Below are positions 1 to 9,890 of a stretch of DNA of 64,000 nucleotides, one piece after another. Source of the DNA: Squalus acanthias. Taxonomy: Eukaryota. The translations under genes were made by a program, and so were the position numbers. Position 1 is the stretch's first letter. Each line of letters begins with the position of its first letter. The stretch lies in assembly GCA_030390025.1 (NCBI GenBank), contig JASTWF010000080.1:1-64000 (forward strand). Reading direction: 5' to 3'. A model generated the notes under the pieces. It saw only the letters and a program-made list of their open reading frames with translations. It was not told the DNA's origin and did no database searches.

Positions 1-715
1 CCCCTGTCACCCCTCCCCCTCTCTCCCCCCCACTCTTCCCTCGGTACTGTGGCAAGGGTGGAAACCTCAGTAGAGGGATTCACACATAGAGTTACGGGAA
101 AGGTGGGCATGGATTTGGGAGGCATGTTCAAGGACATTGGAAAGCAAAGGGAGATTGGAGATGGAATGGCTGTTTGCAAGGACAGAGGGGTCAAGTGTGC
201 TTTTTTTGAGGAGAGGGGTGATGACGGCTGATTTGAACATAAGAACACAAGAAATAGGAGCAGGAGTCGGCCATTCGGCACCTCGAGCCTGCTCCGCCAT
301 TCAATGAGATCATGGCTGAAGGGGAGCGGGACAGTACCTGAGGAGAGAGAAACATTAACAACATCAGCTAGAATGGGGGCCAGGATCGGGAGTTGGGTGG
401 TCAGCAGTTTAGTGGGGAGGGTTGAGGGAGCAGGAGGTGGGCCTCATGGACAAGATGAGCTCGGAGTGGGCATGAGGGGAGATAGGAGAAAACCAGAGAA
501 AGATGCGAGTTCAGGACTAGGGCAGGGGGGAATCTTAGAGGAAGTTTGGCTTGGTGGGCTGGGGGGAGTGAGTGAATTGGCAGAGGCAGCTGAACGGATG
601 GTCTCAATCTTAGTGACAAAAAAGTCCATGAGCTCCTCGCACTTGTTGTCTGAGGTGAGTGTGGAGGAGGCTGGGGAGGGTGGTTCAAGAAGACGGTGGA
701 GAAGAAAAGCTGAAG
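1..715 (-). mobile_element. L2-clade LINE ORF2 fragment (degenerate)
   Basis: Minus-strand peptides MDFFVTKIETIRSAA and KSAVITPLLKKSTLDPSVLANSHSISNLPLLSNVLE resemble the L2 RT N-terminal motif (TPLLKKPxLDPxxLxNYRPISNLPFLSKxLE). Confidence 0.75.
238..320 (-). mobile_element. Short CR1 3' tail inserted in the L2 fragment
   Basis: cataagaacacaagaaataggagcaggagtcggccattcggc matches the CR1 tails at 36924 and 59002; TGAA is duplicated at 234-237 and 317-320. Confidence 0.65.
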
Positions 716-892
716 GTTATCTTAGCATTCCAGAATGCTCCTGGAGTAACAAACAGTTCTGACACATACAGAGACCAGAGGGCATCTTCCCACACTGTTA
801 GGAACGTAGGAACAGGAGGAGGTAATTCCCCCTCCTTTGCTCCATATCCCTTGATACCCTTACCGTGGAAAAATTCCAATTTTAATTTCAGT

Positions 893-2370
893 GTCAGCTG
901 TGACTCAGTGGTAGCACTCTCGCCTCTGAGTCAGAAGGTTGTGGGTTCAAGTCGCACTCCAGAAATTTGAGCACATAATCTAGGCTGACACTCCAGTGCA
1001 GTACTGAGGGAGCGCTGCACTGTCGGAGTGGCAGTACTGATGGAGTGCTGCACTGTCGGAGGGGCAGTACTGAGGGAGTGCTGCACTGTCGGAGGGGCAG
1101 TACTGAGGGAGCTCTGCACTGTCGGAGGGGCAGTACTGAGGGAGCTGCTGCACTGTCGAGGGGCAGTACTGATGGAGCTCTGCACTGTCGGAGGGGCAGT
1201 ACTGAGGGAGCTCTGCACTGTCGGAGGGGCAGTACTGAGGGAGCTCTGCACTGTCGGAGGGGCAGTACTGAGGGAGCTCTGCACTGTCGGAGGGGCAGTA
1301 CTGATGGAGCTCTGCACTGTCGGAGGGGCAGTACTGAGGGAGTGCTGCACTGTCGGAGGGGCAGTACTGAGGGAGTGCTGCACTGTCGGAGGGGCAGTAC
1401 TGATGGAGTGCCGCACTGTCAGAGGGGCAGTACTGATGGAGCTCTGCACTGTCGGAGGGGCAGTACTGAGGGAGCTCTGCACTGTCGGAGGGGCAGTACT
1501 GAGGGAGTGCCGCACTGTCGGAGGGGCAGTACTGAGGGACCTCTGCACTGTCGGAGGGGCAGTACTGATGGAGTGCCGCACTGTCAGAGGGGCAGTACTG
1601 AGGGAGCGCTGCACTGTCGGAGGGGCAGTACTGATGGAGTGCTGCACTGTCGGAGTGGCAGTACCGAGGGAGCGCTGCACTGTCGGAGGGGCAGTACTTA
1701 GGGAGTGCCGCACTGTCGGAGGGGCAGTACTGAGGGAGCTCTGCACTGTCGGAGGGGCAGTACTGAGGGAGTGCTGCACTGTTGGAGGGGCAGTACTGAG
1801 GGAGTGCTGCACTGTCGGAGGGGCAGTACTGAGGGAGTGCTGCACTGTCGGAGGGGCACTACTGAGGGAGTGCTGCACTGTCGGAGGGGCAGTACTGAGG
1901 GAGCTCTGCACTGTCGGAGGGGCACTACTGAGGGAGTGCTGCACTGTCGGAGGGGCAGTACTGAAGGATGCTGCACTGTAGGAGGGGCAGTACTGAGGGA
2001 GCTCTGCACTGTAGGAGGGGCAGTACTGAGGGAGTGCTGCACTGTCGGAGGTGCTGTCTTTCTGATGAACCGAGGCCCCGTCTGCTCTCTCGGGTGGAAA
2101 AGATCCCATGGCACTATTTCGAAGAAGAGCAGGGGAGTTCTCCCCGATGTCCTGGCCAATATTGGTTCCTCAACCAACATAACAAAAACAGATTATCTGG
2201 TCATTATCACATTGCTGTTTGTGGGACCTTGCTGTGCGCAAATTGGCTGCCGTGTTTCCCACATTGCAACAGTGACTACACTTCAGAAAAAAGAAGTACT
2301 TCATTGGCTGGAAAGCGCTTTGGGACGTCCGGTGGTCGTGAAAGGCGCTATATAAATGCAAGTCTTTCTC
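893..2370 (+). mobile_element. tRNA-derived Deu-domain SINE (SacSINE1/DeuSINE-like) with internal minisatellite
   Basis: A-box/B-box head (tgactcagtggtagc...gggttcaagtc), Deu-like core (agatcccatggcactattt...gttctcccc) and L2-type tail (aaagcgctttgggacg...aggcgctatataaatgcaag). Confidence 0.75.
998..2050. repeat. 33-bp minisatellite GCAGTACTGAGGGAGTGCTGCACTGTCGGAGGG, about 32 copies
   Basis: Direct tandem repeat visible in the sequence. Confidence 0.95.
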
Positions 2371-2859
2371 TTCATCGTGCCTGTGCTGGCTCTCGGAGAG
2401 AGCTATCAATTAGACCCACTCTCCTGCTCTTCTCCCATGGCCCTGTGAATTCTTTCCCTTCCAGGATTTACCCAATTCCCTTTCGAAAGGGAATAATATA
2501 ATCTTTGTTTTCCTTTGTCACTTTCTATATTTCTCTCAGTCTTCTGCATTACCACTTTTCTTGGTCCTTGCGTCAGCCACTCCCTTTAGTTTTATACACA
2601 TTGACCTCGGCTGATTGACTGTACGAGTGGAACTTTGCTCTGTCGGGGTGTGTATTGGTCCTGTATTGTACTGAATACTTCTTTGAACAACCTCCCGCTG
2701 TTTTTCAGTCGGTTCACCTGTGTTAATAGCTCAGCCCAGTTTAGCGTGTTCACCTTACGTCTCATTCCTTCGAAGTCAGCCTTACTTAAGTTTAAAGCCT
2801 TAGGTCGTGTGTGATCTTTCTCCTTCTCAAAACTTCACGTCAAACTCGATCGTGTGATG

Positions 2860-3256
2860 TTAAATATGGAGACCAAAACTGTACGCAGTACGCCAGCTGT
2901 GGTCTCACCAGCGCCCTGTACAGTTGTAACAGGACTTCCCTACTTTTATACTCCATCCCCCTTGCAATAAAGGCCAACATTCCATTTGCCTTCCTCATTA
3001 CTTGCTGTACCTGCACGCTAACTTTCTGTGATTCATGTACAAGGACTCCCAGATCCCTCTGTGCCTCATCATTTTGTAATCTCTCCCCATTTAAATAATT
3101 GCTTTTTAGTTATTCCTACCGAAGTGGTATACCACGCATTTTCCCACATTATACTCCATCTGCCAGATTCCTGCCCACTCACCTAGCCTATCTGTATCCC
3201 TTTGGAGATTCTTTGCGTCCTCCACACTATTTGCTTTCCCACCTATCTTTGTATTG
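2860..3256 (-). mobile_element. CR1 LINE RT fragment
   Basis: Minus strand encodes TKIGGKANSVEDAKNLQRDTDRLGEWAGIWQMEYNVGKC, homologous to the other CR1 ORFs here. Confidence 0.85.
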
Positions 3257-3686
3257 ATGGATTGTCGGCTCTGTGGCGTGGGGCAGTTTGCACAGCGCAG
3301 CCTGTGGCGGAGGAGTGAACAGCAGGCCGTCGGGACCACAAATTCCAGGCCATTCAAAACTGTCCAGGATACCCTCGAGAAACCCGCCCCCATCACGGCC
3401 TGAGCTTTTCCCTGCGAGAAATCAAAATTGCCCATTTCAACCATTTTCCACTTGCTACAAGCCTCTCTGCTCTCCGTATTCCTGCGTGTTGCTGTCAGGA
3501 GGCCTGCACACAACTCCCACCGCAGGCTGACGGCCTGTGCTGGCTCCAATGGTGTGAAATATCAGGCAGGATGTAGAACCGGCGACCGATCAAACATCAC
3601 CCTTTTCAAACTCTCGCCAAAAGCTCAAAATCACCCACACACACAGAGAGAGAGAGAGAGAATGGAGGGATGAGTTCTGTACTTAC

Positions 3687-3738
3687 CGGGAGAGACCCAG
3701 GAAAAACACAAGGATATGAAGAAAAGAAGCAGCAACAT
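3687..3738 (-). CDS. MHC class I-like gene, copy 0: leader exon only (MLLLLFFISLCFSWVSP)
   Basis: ATG, 17 hydrophobic codons, phase-1 G then GTAAGT donor; near-identical to the leaders at 31232 and 51851; no alpha1 exon inside the window. Confidence 0.75.
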
Positions 3739-3912
3739 TCTGGGAATCCACTGCCCCTTTTCCAAATGGTGACTGGGAATAAAATACTCCCAGTGGGAGT
3801 AGCCTGAAGAATACCCCAAATAAACAGCAAGTCGATCGAGGCTCCACTTTACTGTTTATCTCGAACTTTGTTCACTTCCCTGATCTCAAAGTGCAGAGCC
3901 AGAGGGTGAATG

Positions 3913-4024
3913 ATTGGTTACTCTGAGAAAAATACCCAATTAGAGGAATTAACAGTCGCCTGTCACCAGTTACTGGGAGGATCAAACTCAGGCAGGTTGA
4001 GAATCAACCTGTGAAACAGAAACT
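3913..4024 (-). promoter_or_regulatory. MHC class I promoter, copy 0: ISRE, S, X1/X2, Y and second CCAAT box
   Basis: Minus strand reads AGTTTCTGTTTC (ISRE, 4013-4024), CAACCT (S), 16 nt, CCCAGTAACTGGTGAC (X), about 21 nt, ATTGG (Y, 3936-3940), then CCAAT (3913-3917). Confidence 0.75.
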
Positions 4025-4065
4025 AGAGAGAGACTAAACCAGCCTGGGACACCAGCTCCAGTGTA

Positions 4066-4691
4066 CTCTTTTGACTGGGTACTAAACCAAATGACTGTAA
4101 ATCAATAAAACTTTAAATGAAACTTAACAAATTAAATTAAAATTTGGTTGGCCGGGGTGACGATGCACTCCAGTCCCCGCGGCGCCCACCGGTCGCGGAA
4201 AAACTCAAGCGTGCCGGCGGACACCGCGTGCTCCATCTCCAGGGCCACCCGGGCGCGAACATGGCTGCGGAAGAGAGGCAGGCAATCGGGCCGAACGACC
4301 CCCTCGACCGCCCGCTGCCTGGACCAATTAATGGCCTTCTTGGCCAGGCCCAGGAGCAGTCCCACGAGGAGGTCCTCCGACCTGCCCGCTCCCCTCCGCT
4401 CCGGGTGACCGTAGATCAGGAGCGTGGGGCTGAAGTGGAACCAGAAATTGAGGAGCAGCCCCTTCAGGTAATGAAAGAGGGGCTGCAACCTGTCACACTC
4501 TATATATACGTGAAATACGGACTCCTCCAGGCCGCAGAAATGGCAAGCAGCCTGGGAGTCCGTAAACCTATTTAAAACCCTGTTGCACGGGACCGTTCAG
4601 TGCAACACCCTCCAGGCCAAGTCCCCAATAGAATAAGGGAAGACTCCCGCGTAGAGAGCCCTCCATTGGGGACCTTCGCCTCCGCCGGACG
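4066..4691 (-). mobile_element. Tx1-clade non-LTR retrotransposon 3' fragment
   Basis: C-terminal peptide QPLFHYLKGLLLNFW...LLLGLAKKAI...FRDRWAP; flanked by 14-bp duplication CCAGCTCCAGTGTA (4052-4065, 4692-4705); empty site at 31572 and 52191. Confidence 0.75.
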
Positions 4692-4879
4692 CCAGCTCCA
4701 GTGTAAAGGGAGAAGACACTGAGATCCCGGGCTCCCCCCTCACAGTCCCTCTCCCCCGGAAACCTTAAAACTGGCTCTGCTCCAGACTGGAGTAACACCA
4801 CAACATCTTACAGTTATCGACCATATTTAATAGAGTGAACATCACACGGGACATCACAGAGCAACTCACCGAGCGGTGG

Positions 4880-6833
4880 AGAGTGAGGGGAGGGGGTCAA
4901 ACTAACAGGGAGTGAGGGGAGGGGGTCAAACTAACAGGGAGTGAGGGGAGGGGGTCACACTAACAGGGAGTGAGGGGAGGGGGTCAAACTAACAGAGAGT
5001 GAGGGGAGGGGGTCAAACTAACAGGGAGTGAGGGGAGGGGGTCAAACTAACAGGGAGTGAGGGGAGGGGGTCAAACTAACGGAGAGTGAGGGGAGGGGGT
5101 TAAACTAACAGAGAGTGAGGGGAGGGGGTCAAACTAACAGGGAGTGAGGGGAGGGGTCAAACTAACAGGGAGTGAGGGGAGGGGGTTAAACTAACAGGGA
5201 GTGAGGGGAGGGGTCAAACTAACAGGGAGTGAGGGGAGGGGTCAAACTAACAAGGAGTGAGGGGAGGGGGTCAAACTAACAGGGAGTGAGGGGAGGGGTC
5301 AAACTAACAGAGAGTGAGGGGAGGGGGTCAAACTAACAGAGAGTGAGGGGAGGGGGTCAAACTAACAGGTAGTGAGGGGAGGGGGTCAAACTAACGGAGT
5401 GAGGGGAGGGGGTCAAACTAACAGGGAGTGAGGGGAGGGGGTCAAACTAACAGAGAGTGAGGGGAGGGGGTCAAACTAACGGAGTGAGGGGAGGAGTGAG
5501 GGGAGGAGGGGAGGGGGTCAAACTAACAGGGAGTGAGGGGAGGGGGTCAAACTAACAGAGAGTGAGGGGAAGGGGTCAAACTAACAGAGAGTGAGGGGAG
5601 GGGGTCAAACTAACAGAGAGTGAGGGGAGGGGGTCAAACTAACAGAGAGTGAGGGCAGGGGGTTAAACTAACAGGGAGTGAGGGGAGGGGTCAAACTAAC
5701 AGGGAGTGAGGGGAGGGGGTCAAACTAACAGAGTGAGGTGAGTGGATCAAACTAACGGAGTGAGGGGAGGGGGTCAAACTAACAGAGAGTGAGGGGAGGG
5801 GATCAAACTAACAGGGAGTGAGGGGAGGGGGTCAAACTAACAGGGAGTGAGGGGAGGGGATCAAACTAACAGAGAGTGAGGGGAGGGGGTCAAACTAACA
5901 GGGAGTGAGGGGAGGGGGTCAAACTAACAGGGAGTGAGGGGAGGGGTCAAACTAACAGAGAGTGAGGGGAGGGGGTCAAACTAACGGAGAGTATGGGGAG
6001 GGGGTCAAACTAACGGAGTGTGAGGGGAGGGGGTCAAACTAACGGAGATTGAGGGGAGGGGTCAAACTAACAGAGAGTGAGGGGAGGGGTCAAACTAACA
6101 GAGAGTGAGGGGAGGGGGTCAAACTAAGGGAGTGAGGGGAGGGGTCAAACTAACAGGGAGTGAGGGGAGGGGTCAAACTAACAGAGAGTGAGGGGAGGGG
6201 GTCAAACTAACAGAGAGTGAGGGGAGGGGGTCAAACTAACGGAGTGAGGGGAGGGGATCAAACTAAGGGAGTGAGGGGAGGGGTCAAACTAACAGGGAGT
6301 GAGGGGAGGGGGTCAAACTAACAGAGAGTGAGGGGAGGGGGTCAAACTAACAGGGAGTGAGGGGAGGGGGTCAAACTAACAGGGAGTGAGGGGAGGGGGT
6401 CAAACTAACAGAGAGTGAGGGGAGGGGTCAAACTAACAGGGAGTGAGGGGAGGGGGTTAAACTAACAGGGAGTGAGGGGAGGGGGTCAAACTAACAGGGA
6501 GTGAGGGGAGGGGGTTAAACTAACTGGGAGTGAGGGGAGGGGGTTAAACTAACAGGGAGTGAGGGGAGGGGGTCAAACTAACAGGGAGTGAGGGGAGGGG
6601 GTTAAACTAACAGGGAGTGAGGGGAGGGGGTCAAACTAACAGGGAGTGAGGGGAGGGGGTTAAACTAACAGGGAGTGAGGGGAGGGGGTTAAACTAACAG
6701 AGAGTGAGGGGAGGGGTCAAACTAACAGGGAGTGAGGGGAGGGGGTTAAACTAACAGGGAGTGAGGGGAGGGGGTCAAACTAACAGGGAGTGAGGGGAGG
6801 GGGTTAAACTAACAGAGAGTGAGGGGAGGGGGT
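4880..6833. repeat. 29-bp G-rich minisatellite GGTCAAACTAACAG(G/A)GAGTGAGGGGAGGG, unit A
   Basis: Direct tandem repeat. Confidence 0.95.
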
Positions 6834-7359
6834 TGTAAGATTTCAATTGATCTCAGAGTTCTTGGACAAGACACCAATTGGCAGCAGCCAGTAAGTTTGA
6901 GCAATAGATCAGATTTATTAAGCTTACAGCGTAATCAATACTTAACAACAGGCGATAGTTTTAACGAGTAGCTCGCAGACCTTGGTCTCTGGAGCCTCTC
7001 GGACACAGATGACGTCGTCTTAAGTCTGTTCCTTTGTTCTCGCAGTAAGTCTGTGTAAAGTTGTTCTTTGAGTGTCGAGGTTTTAACCCTTTTCTCATCA
7101 AAAGTTCGCTCAGCCAGTGTCCATAGTCTTTAACAAATCAGCTTCTTTAATTGGTTCCAATGGTTAAAATACCATGGTCACTCAGACTAAGGGTAGCTTC
7201 TTGCCTTTCCAGTGTTTATCCTGCAACTTTACCCTGTTCATCGTTATCTTGTTTATAGTTCTTCACCCCATTGGAATTCATCTTATCTCTCTTATTCTAG
7301 GTTCCCTGGTACAAGCAGTGTTAAGGAAACTCTCATTAAGCTTAGCATTATAATACATT

Positions 7360-8102
7360 GGCCCAAAAATTCGTGAGGAAGCCTTCGTGCGAGGGTAAGG
7401 CCTCCCCGCGATCTCTCACTCCGCGTTGGCTTTTTTAGTTCCAGCTCGCACGAACTTGATGTTCTGGACAGCTGCTGCGCTGGGCTTGCGTATCCCACCG
7501 GCGTAGTTAATTCATGCGAGCTGTGGGATCACGTGACTCAGTTAGAGCCAATGGCAGCACACCATCTTCCATTCATAACTTTCACATAAGTGCTGTGAAA
7601 GTTATAAATACTATAGCCCCCCAAAAGAACCGCTAAACCTCAATTAAATTAAAAAAAAAACCATCACATTAATAAAATAAGTATAGTTAAATAAATTAAC
7701 CATTTTAAATAAAAAATTAAATTTTTGAAAAAATTTAAAATCTTTTAAAAAGTTATAAAAATAAACTTACCTGTCTTTAAAGTCTCTAAAAAAGATATAC
7801 CTGTTAAAAAAAATTCAAAATAATACTTAATTCACTACTTACCTTGTTAAAAGTGGGTCTTACTCCTCCTTTTTTTATGTGTAGAATCTTCCGTACTTAC
7901 CTGCGCGTTGAAACCACTAAGTGCACAGCGTGCGCGCAGCCTGTAGTGCGCACGCGGTTCACCTAGGACCCGCCCCCTTTTCCATTCACCAAGTGCCGGT
8001 TTTCAGCGCATGCGCAGTGCATGCAGAAAACCGGCAATTGGAGACAGAATACGCGAGAGTACGCAGTGCGTACTCTCGCGTAGCGGCACTAACTTTTGGG
8101 CC
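7360..8102. mobile_element. MITE (probably Harbinger-type) inserted in the 3' LTR of copy A only
   Basis: Terminal inverted repeats GGCCCAAAA / TTTTGGGCC with ATT/AAT flanks; absent at the orthologous sites near 35035 and 54318. Confidence 0.75.
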
Positions 8103-8739
8103 AATATTTACCAATTTAAGCTTCACTCGCAGCCTGTGGCTGTTTGTTAACAGAGCTGAGTCAAAACTGCTTTTGACTGTCTCCGCGGCTATATTCGAAC
8201 AGTCTTTAACATTTCCATACCCACAGGGAATTATGGGTAAGATTAGTTGGTCAATGGCTACCCTTGAATTTATACATATGAGATTTGTCTAAATACCAGT
8301 CTTTCGTACAGTCCCCACCTCGAGGATGAAATGTTTCAAACATTGATTCCTCGACTATTTCAATCTATTCTCTGACAAGCGTTGTTGCAAATTGGAGTCC
8401 TCTAATTGAGGGGAACGGAGCGCTTCTCAAAGGAGGTTTTATCCCCCTCGTCATTATCGGTCTGGGTTCTAACTATGACATTCCCAGGGGCCGACCCTTT
8501 ACTATTGTCATGGCTGAGGGACACCCTGGGGTCTCCCTAACCATCATGTCGGCCGTGCTGATATTCCTTTCCTTCCAGTGCGTCCCAGTCTATCATTTCT
8601 CCTCCGTCCGCTGCTCCTACTGCTGAATCATACGATCTGACAGTGGTGACCCTGATCTGACCCCGCCTGGGTCTCCTCTACATTGCTTCGGATCTTCTCT
8701 TTCGGTGTGCTATATTAATTTGTTGGTGCTGCTTAGTCA

Positions 8740-9890
8740 TAGGCATGAGTACACAATTGGCTTATCCATCGAAGTCTTACTACACGGGTTACATATATCA
8801 AATACACTATCATTACAAGTTGGAGAACTAACTGAGCGTGTGAATTAATTCAAACCTAAGGGTGTGCTGATATATTAAGCCCAATATCCCACCAGTGTGA
8901 GTTTCCCCTATGCTGTTAATTTCAATATCTATTCTCGAGTTGTCTTGCTCCAAAACATCAAAATGCTTCAGGGAGGAGTTCAGTCACATCATGAGCTCAC
9001 TGAAACCCCCAGACAACAGGGGACTGTAGTATCCGAATTGTGCCACATAATTGTGCAGCTCATACTTAAGTATCTCATTTACTGTCAGTTTCACTTGAGC
9101 ATAGGTTTTGATATTGAGTAAAACGAGTTGGTTGATGGGACAGGTCCTGTTCGACCCGTAGATCATGGTAGTTGCGGTAGTAGTGACACAGGAGGCACCA
9201 CCAAAACCACCTCATTCTGGATTCGTGCTGGTTTTTCCCACGAGCTGTTACCTACAAAACACAATTATTACAGTCACAAGTTAAATTCAGTCTTACAATC
9301 ATTTCACGCGACAACTAATCAACAAATCAGATCTCTCTTTTACTCGTATCCATCTTGTGGATAATTCATGTTAAACATGATTTCTCCTCAGCCCTCAATT
9401 GTCCCAATCCAAATTTCATGTAACTCTCCACTTCAACTACGATTTCATTCCCTCTAACAGGTACCAGTGTGTTTAACTCTATTCTGATTGTTTCATTAGT
9501 TAGATAGTTTCTCGATGGAGTATGCGTCAATGCTTTAAAAGTTGTCTCACTCTCCTGAGCCACATTAACCATTTCATGTCGTGCTGTTGTCAAGTAACGG
9601 AGAATGTCTGAGACCCGTTCTTCAGTGCAGATTCACCATACATTTCCGGATGGTAATTGCTCCATACGCACAAATCACATTTGCACACTCGTACCGGTAT
9701 CTCAATATCATGCCAAACGTGCCATCCGATACAAGCCATTCCCGGGCTTTCAGATGATCCTATCAAAAGATTGTAGTTGTCTGGAGATCTTTGCTCATCT
9801 TCCTCTGCATGGTCCCGATGTCTTAGGTAGTGGCCAGACTATCAATTCAGTTTTCTTAAAAAGTACATAGGCAAGACACAAATGTCTCCA
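8740..9890 (-). pseudogene. Degenerate env-like fragments of the LTR element
   Basis: Located just 5' of the PPT and 3' LTR; broken frames with N-glycosylation sites and Cys, ending in SHWWDIGLNISAHP*V*INSHAQLVLQLVMIVYLIYVTRVVRLR (Trp-rich membrane-proximal segment, TM, basic stop-transfer). Confidence 0.45.

Noticed and set aside
893-965. tRNA-like sequence
   Set aside because: SINE head with A/B boxes continuing into a SINE body; not a standalone tRNA gene
931-2355. Long overlapping ORFs (up to 392 aa, mucin-like STAPPTVQ repeats)
   Set aside because: Stop-free readings of a 33-bp minisatellite inside a SINE; open in several frames on both strands
3428-3549. ORF MEPAQAVSLRWELCAGLL... recurring in all three units (also 30833-31090, 51458-51715)
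   Set aside because: Lies in intron 1 just after the leader donor, has no recognisable domain, and its conservation is explained by recent duplication
4860-4880. Donor-like CG|GTGAG at the edge of the 29-bp array as a possible upstream non-coding exon
   Set aside because: The SXY promoter lies downstream of it, directly before the leader; no supporting acceptor or transcript evidence
9604-9870. 88-aa plus-strand ORF kept in all three ERV copies
   Set aside because: Antisense to the element, no motif, and the copies are too similar for its retention to imply selection
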